DNA of 59,940 bases, the filler included, from Squatina squatina (taxonomy: Eukaryota), in the NCBI GenBank assembly GCA_031763465.1. It is 3 parts of 2 records of this genome, joined end to end, with 100 filler letters (N's around TTAATTAATTAA, not from the genome) between each part and the next. Parts side by side here need not be neighbours in the genome. Positions count along the whole stretch, not along the records: positions 32,152 to 59,940 come from JARFOE010000046.1; 2 more parts are not named here. One strand, written 5' to 3'. Positions within the stretch are counted from its first letter, which is position 1. Each line of letters opens with the position of its first letter. Positions 47,520 through 59,940 of the stretch are shown here, piece after piece. A program made the position numbers and the translations under genes. The notes below the pieces were generated by a model. That model ran no database searches. It was not told the DNA's origin and worked only from the letters and a program-made list of their open reading frames with translations.

Positions 47520-49749
47520 CTAAATATTCTCAGTTTGCTTCAAAGATTCATAATGCACAAAAGTTCTGAACCTGAGTAAACGATGAGGTATTTCTCACAA
47601 GTGAACCCAATAAAACACTACTTTATTTAACACCCATACTTTTGTGTGTGCCAATGGGGTTGATCGGCATGAACTATTTTTAACTGACGGTTTAAAGTGT
47701 GAGAGAACATCTTTGAGAATGGGTTACACAGCAGCCTGCCACTTTAGGTTGTGTTTTAACTTCAAAAAACCTAAAATTTAAGAATTATGAAGAAAATCAG
47801 TCATCTCACAAAAACAAACACTCATCCCGAATACCAATCAGTGAATAATAGAAACACTGAAATTTGATCTTTCAGATCGAGGGGGAAAAATACTGCAGTG
47901 CTCACCCGTGCTGCCAGTGAACCTATGGCTAATTAATAAAACATATAATCCATTAAAACATTGCAATTGGAACCAGGGCAAACATCAATAATTTCAAGCT
48001 GAACCTTTGGGACTCAATAAATTATTCACAAAATTAACCTCACTATGATAGACTAACTCTTAGACCCAACAATGACTGTTGAATCATTAGATATTTCATT
48101 GATCTTTTTGTTAGGAAATTTACAGTCTCCATATTAACAGGTTTCTACCTCCAGATTGTTAATCTCATTCACAGTTATATTATTAATGCCTAATGGCTTT
48201 AAGGGAAGCCTGTTTATAGTTTCAAACCATTTTAGTATCTGTTTCAAACTGTGTTGACAACAGGCTTGCAGACAACCTGAGCCATAAGTGCATAGCTCAA
48301 AATGGGGAATGTGAGCTCTCTACCCTCCCAGGTTCTCACAAACGGCACGTTATAAACACTCATCTATTTACATATTCAGTGTCAAGCGACTGACGTTTCT
48401 TTGGAAGACTTTTGCACCTTGTTCTTGTTCTAACAATTCTTGTGCACTAATGCAGGAGGATGAAAATGTTAACTAACTAGGCAATATAAGCAGAATATTA
48501 AGCATTCAAATAATAAATTTCGATACTCAGTCAGGCAATACAAGCACTTGAGAAATTCGTTTCTGAGGTAATTTTGATTGTTGACCTTTTTATATAAGGA
48601 TCAAAAATGTCCACGTGCCTCTTGCCTACAGATTTGAGCATTAAAATCTTTAGGTTCATGCACACTGATATTGGGAAATATTCATCTATCACAGTTGAAA
48701 ATCAAGGGATATGTTGCAATTCAGGCGGCAAACCAGGTAAAAGAAGGTGATGCATGCAAATGGGATAATTTAGGAGAAGATTAAAATTGGATGAATAAAT
48801 TGATTCAACATCCCTTGTGCAATGTTGACTTGAGGAAGTGGCTGATTCCTGTATCCTCTCTCACTGCACTTTACTCAACTAATGTCATAGGTTGCAGGTC
48901 AAAGGCAGCCCCAGGGAGGAATCCAATTACAGTTGTGGAGTTCACAATTGAAATATGAGCGATTAATCTAACTATGCAGCAGTAATATTGCCTGAATAGA
49001 TAAAACCTATTTGCCTGTAATTTTTTTAAATAAATGAAGAATAACACATAGAAATACTTTCCTGTATTCCCTAAATGTTGTCCAGGCCTGTTTATTTTNN
49101 NNNNNNNNNNNNNNNNNNNNNNNNNNNNNNNNNNNNNNNNNNNNNNNNNNNNNNNNNNNNNNNNNNNNNNNNNNNNNNNNNNNNNNNNNNNNNNNNNNAT
49201 TGTTTTGAGTGACACCTCAGCAACAGAACGAAAACACAACTCTGTTTCTGAGTTGGTAACTGTGGACAAGACCAAACTGCAATGAAAATACCCAGCTTTG
49301 TGGAGAGAATGGTTCTGAATGTGCTGGGATCCTGCCTTATCTACAGTACATCACATGAAGTACATTACATAGATCAAGTAGAGCAAGCAAGTCTGCAAGA
49401 GGTATCACCATTGGTGGCAGAGCAGTCACTTGAACTGACAGCATGATAAATTTATATTAAACTGCTGATTAAACATAGTTCTGGCATCAAGTAAATTTTT
49501 AATGCAGTTTATTTTTAACTCAAATAATTTGCATTTTGTGTGTCTTCAATATTTCTTGCAGCTATTGGATTTCTAAACTGCTGTTGTATTTAATATAATT
49601 ACATTGTAGATTTAAATGCATTGCACTTCAGGCACTTTTCCATGGGGAAAAGCTTTGGTTTCTTAAACAACTCCTATTTGAATAAACCCTTTGGGAACTG
49701 AGTGTTGCAGAAAGGCTATATTCACTTCATTAATTAATTGCAGAGTTAT

Positions 49750-50160
49750 TAAATGTTCAGCAACTGCAAAGTTTTTAAATGCGAGGTGCGTAAACTGAAA
49801 ACAGCTTCTGCTGATCTGGTGACAGTTTGGAAAACTGGTGACACCACGGAGAAGAACATGAGTAAAATGCTGCAGATCTGCAAGTCTTCAATGTCACTTC
49901 TGTGGTACTGAGACATGGGCACTGAAGGCAGAGGACTAACTAAGGCTTAGAGGCATTTGGGATTCTGTGAAGCAGCCAATAACATAATTCAAAGTGACAA
50001 GATTGATTTCTGAACCAAAATAGATACCAATTAGAAGTAGGGAAGACTGTGATTGATATTTGCAAGGCAAAATTTGGATAGTTTGGTCACCAGAGTAGAA
50101 TAGGCGAAACAGTCATGCCCACCTTGTTCAAGGAACAAGAGGAAATGCACAATGAAAAGC
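49750..50160 (+). mobile_element. Old RTE-like LINE fragment
   Basis: CGTETWALKAED resembles RTE LYGSETWTL; downstream degenerate FGH..R motif; many disablements. Confidence 0.55.
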
Positions 50161-52568
50161 AGCAGAGGTCTCTGACTTACTCTTTTGGAGCAGAGGTCTC
50201 TGACTTGTGCCAGATGGAAATTATTGCAGCTGCAAAACTGGTCCATTGCAGGTGCACTGGGAGGCATGTGATCAGCTTCTGCAAAAGTAAAGGAGAAGGA
50301 AAATGGCACTGAGCACCATGATGACTTTGCATAGAAGTTTCGGAATATGAATGGAGCTTTATCCTTTCTTTCATTTCTTTCTTTGGGGTAGACAACCTTT
50401 TAATATCTACAAGTCGGGGTCGAGTGACTTGAACCACATGCTACTTGCTGGCTGTTAGTCTTCTTTAGTGGACAAGTTGNNNNNNNNNNNNNNNNNNNNN
50501 NNNNNNNNNNNNNNNNNNNNNNNNNNNNNNNNNNNNNNNNNNNNNNNNNNNNNNNNNNNNNNNNNNNNNNNNNNNNNNNAAAGCCTCTTTGGCATGATAA
50601 TGTAACCTTGGTCAAAGTTGGCAATATTCAAGATTCACATTTTGATCCATTTTATTTACAGCCTGGGACAAACATGTGCTGTGTAGCTGGTTGCATTTGC
50701 TAAAATGAATACATTAATATCAGGCAACCTAATTTATATTAGTTCCACGAGGGTGCACCAATAAAATGCTTTCTGCAACTAATATCTTCCCTTGTCCCTC
50801 ATTTTCCTTCCCTCTTTAAGGAAAGAAGCACGGTTCGGAAAGATATACCTCACCAGCTTTAGGCTTCGCAAAAGCATGAGTTCCAATTTTTTGACAGCAA
50901 CTCTTGGAAGCCTAATACTTCCAAGAAGGTGACAATAATTGAAAGTCTACTTACATATTTTGCTTCACACAAAAATGCTGCAAATATCAGTTGGCTGTCC
51001 AGTGTGCATCAGATACCTTTTCAGCATGGTTAGCATCCTGCTAATTAATCAGGCTTTACATATTGTAACTAGAAATAGGTTTTCTGTCTCTGCTGTCCAG
51101 CAAATCCAGCTCCATCTCCCCGCAGCAGTCATTAACTCTTGTGTCATGCGGTATCGCAAGTGATGGAGTACACAGGGGGGTGGAATTAAGGTACTTTCAA
51201 ACCATGAGTTTAGAGTCAATGGAACAATTAATGAGGTGTGTCTGAATGCTGAAAGTATAAATTTGCATTACTGAAGGGATAAACAGACGAATGACCTTTC
51301 AAAAAGAAGAACTGCATGCCAGCTCAATGACGGATATGTGCCAAGTTTGCAGCTTTAATTTTCCAATAAGGTCGGTGGTGATTAGCGATCTAAGGTAACG
51401 AAAATCTACAACACTGACTTGAGGTTTAATCTGTAATAATCCAGTTAATCAAACATTTANNNNNNNNNNNNNNNNNNNNNNNNNNNNNNNNNNNNNNNNN
51501 NNNNNNNNNNNNNNNNNNNNNNNNNNNNNNNNNNNNNNNNNNNNNNNNNNNNNNNNNNNTAATGGAGATAGAATCTGTTGATCTGATCGTTACAGTTCCT
51601 CTGCAGGTAACTAGGCATCTCCTGCTGAGTTCTCCTGCTGGGAATGTGCTTGAGTGCAAGAATGATGACCGTTGATCCTAGTGATAACAAAATCATTAGC
51701 TTATCGAGGTTGATGGAGCTGATGACAGCAATGAGGAGTTGCTATGACTGATTCTGATGCGATGCAGCATAATGACTAATCTCAAATCTGAACATTCATC
51801 TGCATGACTTAAAGTGCTTCTTGTAGACATTCAGTGTGCCAGCAGTTTCACGGTGTAGATAATAAATGATGACATTTCTGCTCAAATGCTGAATAAAACT
51901 GGCTGTGGTTCAGATGTGTTCCTGCAACCTCGACATGATGGCCATACTATAGTAACATCTGGGATAATAGAAATATATAAGGCAACATGTGTGCTGGAGT
52001 GTGTTATGATAGTAACATGTGACTTCATAAATTGCCGTAATTCTCTTCTTGTGACTTATTAACTCAATAAAATTTCTGAAACGTGTTACTCTTTGAAACA
52101 GACCCTATGGCCTACGATGAGACCACATATGTTGAGGAGACAATCTTATTCCATTTTTGCAGCAGGCTTCTACTTTTCAGGTTGCAGTTTCACTCAGATA
52201 TGCTGATGCGCAGCAGTGAATCTTGAGCAGCCATGTTTGAATTACGTGATTTAACCTGAAGTGCAGCTTTATTGGTTGATTAGAACTGCAGAGATATCAG
52301 TTCTAATTTCCCTGTATGTAAGCAAGTATAACAAGCCTGAGGATTTCAAAGGTTGACCAACAACCACTGAACTCCAAAATGTGTGGCCCTGAATTTGCGA
52401 TCAGAGGCTTCCTGCATGTGGAGGCCTCCGATGGCAAAAATCTCTATGTGCTTACCTAAGGATCATGGCCTTGCGAGTTGGAAATTCAATGCGGGGCTCT
52501 GTAGATTCCAGGGCACACCGAGCGAAGAGGCTGGAGAGGTCACATGGGAGGCCCCAACTAATTAGGTA

Positions 52569-52675
52569 GGGCTTATACTCGCTGGAATTTAGAAGATCGA
52601 GGGGGGATCGTATAGAAACATATAAAATTCTTAAGGGGTTGGACAGGCTAGATGCAGGAAGATTGTTCCCGATGT
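52569..52675 (+). mobile_element. Young CR1 fragment at contig edge
   Basis: GLYSLEFRRSRGDRIETYKILKGLDRLDAGRLFPM. Confidence 0.88.
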
Positions 52676-55600
52676 NNNNNNNNNNNNNNNNNNNNNNNNN
52701 NNNNNNNNNNNNNNNNNNNNNNNNNNNNNNNNNNNNNNNNNNNNNNNNNNNNNNNNNNNNNNNNNNNNNNNNNNNAACAAGATAACAAGATGCCTGCTGC
52801 GCTTAGTTATGTTGTTAGGCTCGTGCTGTTTTATGATGTACAGTTTAAGAAGGAAGTGAACCGCAACGTTCTTAATTTGCGATGTGAACAATTTACTGAT
52901 GTTCTGTGCGTGATCCAACTGTGACCCCTACAGGTCTCTGACAGCAATGTGTTAACTGGAACTGGAACTGCACCGCCCTTTTTATTGAGTTTCCGCAGTT
53001 AGTGTACAATATCTCTGTGATTGCTGAGTACAATGAGATTCAATCGATGCAGTTTGTGCTTCATTACTTGACTGTCGAGTACACAGTGGCGGACTGCGCC
53101 TCTTGTTTGCGTTACCCTGCCCTAAAATAAATTATCAGACTCTTTCAACGTGGGCCGTTAAATTGGTTTTGAAAGAAACTCGAAATGAATGGCATTAGTA
53201 ACAAATGTGCGGCGGGAGAATAATAGTGATGTATACTGGCAGAAACAAGACCATTACTCACTGCCATCACTGTCCAACACAAGAACACCTCCCCCATCCT
53301 TCTCTAACTTCCTGCATCCCTTTCAGCAGCTCTTGCAACTTCAGATCCAACACTGGGTCCCGCTTCGCTGCGTCCTGGGGACCCCCACTCATCAAGCTCG
53401 ACCGCGACATCTGAAAGTCACCAGGTATTGCGGGAAGAGTTAGAGACTAATGAATCATAGAAGAGTACAGCACAGAAGGAGTCTGTGAAGAGCAATCCAG
53501 TGAGTCCTACTCCCCCCCCTCTTTCCCCAGTCTCCAGCAATTTTTTATACAAACAAAAAATGCTGNNNNNNNNNNNNNNNNNNNNNNNNNNNNNNNNNNN
53601 NNNNNNNNNNNNNNNNNNNNNNNNNNNNNNNNNNNNNNNNNNNNNNNNNNNNNNNNNNNNNNNNNAATACATAACAGATTTGCATTCCTAGTGACTAAAT
53701 CAGCGGGGCACAGTAAGTTGACTAACAACATATTGATTGTCAGTCTTTTGATTGTGCTGGTCTGCAACGAGCACCATCCTCCTGCCAACTGAAGCTCTTT
53801 GAGTCATCTTGGGAGCAGTCTGGTGAGAGTGAGGAGTCAGCCACAAGTACCACTGTCAAGCATCTGTCAGTTTATTCAGAGACTAACCAGGCAGAAGTTC
53901 CTCCCACCAGTCCTCATTCACATGGTGACACATCTCCATCCAGTTTAACATACTGCAATCAAACCTAAATTAATCATGGAGTTAACGCAATTCACCATTT
54001 ACTGTGTAAAGCTCAAGATATTACTTTTCTAATTGAATATTTGAAAGATTTTCAAGTGCAATGTTTTTTAAATGCTTGCTGTGAGCCACTATAGTTTTCA
54101 TTTGAATTCAGTTACACAGCAAATGATCATGCGCAGTATAAATGTTGCAAAACTGTTCATTTTTTATGGATTGTAGAAAGAACTCCTGATGCAAACTAAG
54201 ATTTATTGGCAGAGATTTACCTGCAACACCACCAATGCTTACAAAATAAGGTTGCTGGAAGCTGCTCTGCTCCCCTCAGGACATAGGCTAACAGGTGTTA
54301 ATCCATCTGAAGCACAAGCTGCAATTATTAACCCAAATGCCACTGGTTTAATTTTATTGCCAAAGCAAAAGGTACAACTATTAATCAAGCAATTCACTTC
54401 AGGGGGGAAGGCAACGTTGTTCACAAAGAGGGTGCTAAAGGTCATAGCATAAGACCAAGAGATGCATTACTTCAGTATTTGGAAAACAACATTCAATAGC
54501 TACTGCAAAACAATATTTAAGAGTTCAAACAAAAAATGCTGGAAAAACTCAGCAGGTCAGGCAGCATCTGTGGAGAGAAAAACAGAGTCAACGTTTCGGG
54601 TCNNNNNNNNNNNNNNNNNNNNNNNNNNNNNNNNNNNNNNNNNNNNNNNNNNNNNNNNNNNNNNNNNNNNNNNNNNNNNNNNNNNNNNNNNNNNNNNNNN
54701 NNCATCCTGCCTGACGATATGCACGGCAGATCTGCCCTCATCGTCACCCTCCTCCTCATCATGGGAGTCTTCCTCCTCCCCCTCCTCCTCCCCCTCCCCC
54801 TCCTCATCATGGCAGTCTTCTTCCTCCTAATCTCTATTCATCATGAACAGCCAAGAGGGATGTGTGTTATTCGTGAATTGCTGAATGCCTCCTGGCTCCT
54901 GTGAGAATTAAACTTTGCCATTTTCCCTTCCCTCTCTATTTTTTGGATTTCGGTAGTGCAGCATAACAGAATTCTCCAGCTACCTTTGATACCAGGGTCT
55001 AAGTTATTTCTGCTCACAACCTGCATTTTAGTTGATTTATTAATAGGGGGAATGAATGCCTTTACTAATGGATCAGAGAGGATGATAGAAAAGAATACAT
55101 CTTGTGACAGAACAGCATATATGCCAGAATGTATAAGTATGTAATATACTGTGTAGATGAGAAAATTTGAAAAGAATATTTAAAAAAAAAGTATTTAAAA
55201 TAGCTCGGAGCTTTGAGGATGGTATGGTGTGGCCTTGTTATTGGGTCTAGTACCATTCAGGATCATTCACAGAGGAACCTGATGTAAACAAAATATTTCT
55301 AATACGTAACAGGACTGACTGGGCCTTATTGCCAAGCTTTACTTTGGAGATAGAGCCTGAGTACAACGAGAAAAATAGCGACCCAGGTAAAACCAAAATT
55401 ATTGTAAATCGGTAACCGCAGTTGACTTATTGAGTATACCATATTTTTTCACCTATAATGTACAATGTTGCTTTTCGCTGCTTGTCACTATGTATAAAGT
55501 GCACCCTGAGACAGACCACACATGAATTCCTAGCCTATTTCTCAACGCAACCTAGTTTGCAGTGTGTGTAGAAAGAGTATGGCAGTTGGGTTCATTGTTT

Positions 55601-58600
55601 AAAAAGTTAGAACTGAGGAGAGAAATAAAATGGAATTAAATTAACGAGAGTTATATTACGTAAAATCGCAAGGGACACTTTGGTCAGGAGCTTTGTTAAA
55701 ATAATTGTCTCCACATTGTGGTTGAAGTAAATCATAAGAGCTTTGGAGATGGACATGAAAAATCTCCTTTCAAAGTACAGTATAGCTGTGGTGGATAACA
55801 TATTTTGCACAAAATATGTGTCTTGGGATCAGTAAAGCTGTTAATTACAGGTGTCCTGAAGGCTTTTAGAATTAATGACTGATCCACATTTTGCTGATTT
55901 ATTAGCTAAACACATCTCCATGATCTGTGTAGATCAGCAAATTGCTGTTAAAGTTTTTTTAATATACGAGGTGATGCATCAGCAGTGGGCCTTGCCAATA
56001 AATTCGTATTAGCGCTGAAAAAGGATGGTCATCTTCCAGTAACCTGCCAAATGCTTCCACTGACCTCAGCGCTCTTTGTCATCAGGTGTTTCTGTTCAGC
56101 ACAAAAAAAGTGTTTGCAAACAATTGATGGTATCACTAATTGCAGCATAGGTGAAAGTCTGCATAAGTCTTTGCAGTGATGTTTTTATAACCTCGCTACG
56201 GGGAACAATAAGCAGTGGGAAGTGATATGCAATGTAGAGATCCAACTTCGATTCCTCTCTCCACTAATTTTAGTGGAAAACATAGGGCAGAGNNNNNNNN
56301 NNNNNNNNNNNNNNNNNNNNNNNNNNNNNNNNNNNNNNNNNNNNNNNNNNNNNNNNNNNNNNNNNNNNNNNNNNNNNNNNNNNNNNNNNNNNTGGCTGCT
56401 ATGACATACAGGAAGTCATAACGCTTCTGTACTACAATATATTGTATTTGAAAGGCTGTACGAATGCATGTCGGTGCCATATCTGCTGCTGATTCTGTCA
56501 GCTGATCCTGGCAATAGCAGTCAGCGGTTAAGCTAAGTAATTGCCATTTATAACTTGTGACCCTTAAACATAAACAATCTGGATAGAAATGGTATTTGAA
56601 GATTCCAGTGTAAGTAGGGGAAAACATATTGTTATTTTGTGTCTTCATTAAGTTGGGTTCATTGTCATCACTGTGCATTTTTCTGTCAAGTCTATTTATT
56701 TTGAAAATGTTATAAATGTAGTAGAAATGTAAAGTGAATGAGATTAGGGAATTAAACATGATGTGATTTTGTAAGTGAAGCCTTGTGGGTGAAATATTTA
56801 GTGAAAGCATAAATCTCTCATCAAGAAATCAAGAATGCGAATGGCAAAATAGCACCATTAACAGAAAATGTTGCTGTAAATTACATTGTATTCACTGTAT
56901 ATTTATTGAAACTGCCTCAAGGTGAAGTAGACAGGAAGGCATTTAGTACCAGGCACTGGCAAGATGATAGTGGGTGGAAGTGTTGGGAGGTTTTATTGAA
57001 ATCAACCTTTAGGGAAATTATACATCATCATGAAAATATATTCATTAAAATAAAATTAAATGTCTTTATCCTGAAGGGGTTTCAACTGTCAGGCCTTGAT
57101 TAAGCATACAAAATATTTATGAAAGTATATCATCTGTTTCTGACTTGGCTTTATATGTGAAGTTGTACATTGAAATGAAATTGTCATGTTGTTGAATCCC
57201 AGACTAAATTTGTTATGATTTAATATTGTGATTTTATTGTTCAACGTTATACATGGATGTATTTTGCTGATACATGTATTCTGATGTGTGTTGGATGGGG
57301 TTTGCAGCCAGCTAGGTGATGATGGTGATATTCTGAGGAGAAACTGTGAAGCAGTCAATTAGACATTAATATTTCATCACTTTGCAAGGTGTGCTTTGAT
57401 GCATGCCCATATACTCGATAGACATTGTTTTGATAATTCATGTCTGAGAAAATGTTGCATTAAAATAGATTTTTTTTTATTGTAAACCTACCTGTTTTAT
57501 AATTCAAAATTAAAGGGAGTCTGAGAGCCTTCGATTCAGATCCAATTACTCCGACAACCCACTTCTTGGAGAACTGGATTTGACCCTCTCCCACACTGGC
57601 ATAAGATTATTGTAATTGTGGCTGCGCATTACAGTGCTTCTCACACCCAACAAAGTGGCTGGTTATAGGTTTGTGCTTGTAATTGCCCACACAGAGGGCT
57701 TGTTTTCTTTTTCTCTACCGACCCGACTGCTGGCTCCATGTCAGCTTCCCCCACGACTTTCCCTAGATTGGATTTTGTTAAGTGCGCCCTGCGATGTTCC
57801 TGATCAATTAAAANNNNNNNNNNNNNNNNNNNNNNNNNNNNNNNNNNNNNNNNNNNNNNNNNNNNNNNNNNNNNNNNNNNNNNNNNNNNNNNNNNNNNNN
57901 NNNNNNNNNNNNNCTACATAAATGCAAGCTGTTAGTATTAGTGCTATTGATGTTAGTGGTTAGTGATGATTGCTGTATAAGTGGGATAATGTGTTGGCAG
58001 AAATAATTTTCTTGATTCTCCCTTTGTTAAAACTATAGAGCCAACCAGTCTTTTCCAGACATGTGTTGAACCAGAGACATTCCTGTCAGTTTAACAGCAG
58101 GCAAATAAATGAAACCTGCTTTAGACTATACATGGGTGTATTGTTGAAGAAAGTCCAATTAAAGGCATCTTTTTGTTAAAATGTTCTGTAGCTCACCCTC
58201 ACAGTTCAAAGGCTGTCCAAATCAATGAAGTATGACTTGAAAAGCATTCAAGTTACACAGGAAGAGTGTGGTAAAGTGTCACCTCAATGTATTGCCCCAT
58301 TGAGTCTCCCTGTCTTCCCTTCTGTTTGGATGACATCTGGCTTTGTTCTAAATAAACACCTTACACTTGTTCAGTGCTGGCTTCCATCCGTGTCATGAAG
58401 TGCCACGTGCTTCAGCATATAAAGCATTCTAGGTTGCAGGTGCACTGAAATATGAAAGGGATAAACCAGGCTTTGGCCGTGTAAACAGTAAATCAGTGAA
58501 TGCAGCTCCTGCAGGGNNNNNNNNNNNNNNNNNNNNNNNNNNNNNNNNNNNNNNNNNNNNNNNNNNNNNNNNNNNNNNNNNNNNNNNNNNNNNNNNNNNN

Positions 58601-58616
58601 NNNNNNNNNNNNNNNN

Positions 58617-58725
58617 CTTCCTCAGATTAGGAGACCAAAACTGCACACAATACTCCAGGTGTGGTCTCACCAAGGCCCTGTACAACTGCAATAAGACCTC
58701 CCTGCTCCTATACTCAAATCCCTGC
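58617..58725 (-). mobile_element. Young CR1 ORF2 fragment
   Basis: [25 protein letters not shown]. Confidence 0.9.
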
Positions 58726-58769
58726 TCCTGTACTCAATATATATGATATATAATTATATGAGCTGTTCT

Positions 58770-59035
58770 TCATGCATGAGTCAGGGCATGACAGACTATT
58801 GTACTGTGGGAGTCATCACAGTTGAGCCTGATCCTGTGATCATCCGGTATTGACAACCAGGGCTGCTGGGTAACAATCAAAAAAGAAATCCAGGCTGATA
58901 TTTTGCACCTTTATTCCAGCTCTTGGGGCAAATTGGCACAGCCCTACAGTTAACTGAGCAGAGACCAGAGGTTGAACCTGGGACCTGCCTGTTCTGTGCG
59001 GTTTAGCACCGCACTAGGCAGGATATCCACTGAGG
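58770..59035 (-). mobile_element. Decayed tRNA-derived SINE, family unassigned
   Basis: Minus strand CTCAGTGG (A-box-like) and CCCAGGTTCAACC (B-box-like); body similar to stretches near 36230 and 42460. Confidence 0.5.
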
Positions 59036-59940
59036 CAGAAAATGAGTTTTCACCGTAGCAAATGAATTGGAATATTTTACCTGATTCATTGTTATTCTGC
59101 AGCTCAAGTTGTATCTCCTATTTCAGTGGTCTTAAAGCGAAAAGAAGAGTTATTGGGGAGAGGGGAAGGAGAGAAGCATTTTTCACAGCATGCTTTGCAT
59201 GTTGATAGTGCAAATGAGCTTGCCTGCTGTTTCCATTATCTGGCGTACAAGTGCCTCGCACTGCAAATTAATTCTGAACTTCACACATTAATGCTGAGGT
59301 TTATTTATATTTAAATTTACAGATCAATTTACCAATACATTTAATTGTACCAAACTAAGTGGTAAAAGCTGAATTTTCCAAATGAAGAAGTGTTCTGAAT
59401 TTCCTCTTTGTAACTGGTTGTCACAATGTTCTAGCTGGCTGAATTTTCAGCAAATTTGTTTTGAGCTCCAGAGGCAAATCATCAAAATTGGTGGGTGAAT
59501 CCCCAGCTGATTTTATTCCCTTCACCATACAAGCCATTGAGCAAACTCTTATCAAAAAAAATCCCAAGAGATCGATGGACCAGTTTTGCTCTCTCTGCTC
59601 CCAAATCGTGTCCAAAATAGCAGGTGCAATGCAGACAAAGAATGGACACTAATCCTTTGTTGCAATTCTGTTCCTGAAGGGCACTGCATCTGAATTTCCT
59701 CTTTGGCTTTTCTGGTGTCTGCACATAACCGCATCTGAAGAGGGGCACGGATTGTAAATTGTATGCAAAGTAGGGCCAGGTGGGCTTTTCACACCAGTGT
59801 CCTCTAATACCACTGGGCGTCGTTCAAGAGCACCCCACCCACCCCCCACCCTTTTGTAATTTGGAGGCAGATGAGGAGAAACAACTACAAACCTGCATGG
59901 CAGCCTGCTAAAGTTATTCACCTGGGTCTCTTCTGAGCTG

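Noticed and set aside
50854-50911. Possible minus-strand exon LPRVAVKKLELMLLRSLKL and a 9-bp hairpin TCTTGGAAG/CTTCCAAGA
   Set aside because: Weak acceptor, no recognisable homology; an isolated 9-bp stem is weak evidence on its own.
59421-59921. Two in-frame minus ORFs separated by TAG with a CPFF motif suggesting a GPCR pseudogene
   Set aside because: No hydrophobic TM6 before the motif and no NPxxY; similarity judged coincidental.

Overview
Vertebrate nuclear DNA, most likely a cartilaginous fish (shark/ray). This rests on CR1 LINEs with (CATAGAAA)n tails, a DeuSINE of the SacSINE1 type and GC-rich TIR elements. It comes from a fragmented draft assembly with many fixed 100-N gaps. Two artificial linkers (44N-TTAATTAATTAA-44N at 19122-19221 and 32052-32151) split the window into three pieces that need not be neighbours. 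Piece 1 (1-19121) has two minus-strand UBTD2 coding exons, one SH3TC2-like TPR exon and a decayed spliced Harbinger Myb/SANT gene. Piece 2 (19222-32051) has two 294-bp phase-1 Ig-domain exons resembling leukocyte-receptor-complex/FcR-like receptors (one intact, one disabled), a ~10-kb-offset duplication and a decayed hAT (Charlie/SPIN/GTF2IRD2-type) transposase. Piece 3 (32152-59940) has a phase-consistent five-exon plus-strand ORF that I cannot name, a DeuSINE, a 34-bp minisatellite and many LINE fragments. Most of the supplied ORFs are repeat-derived or gap-spanning artefacts. All homology calls are from recalled sequences, not database searches.
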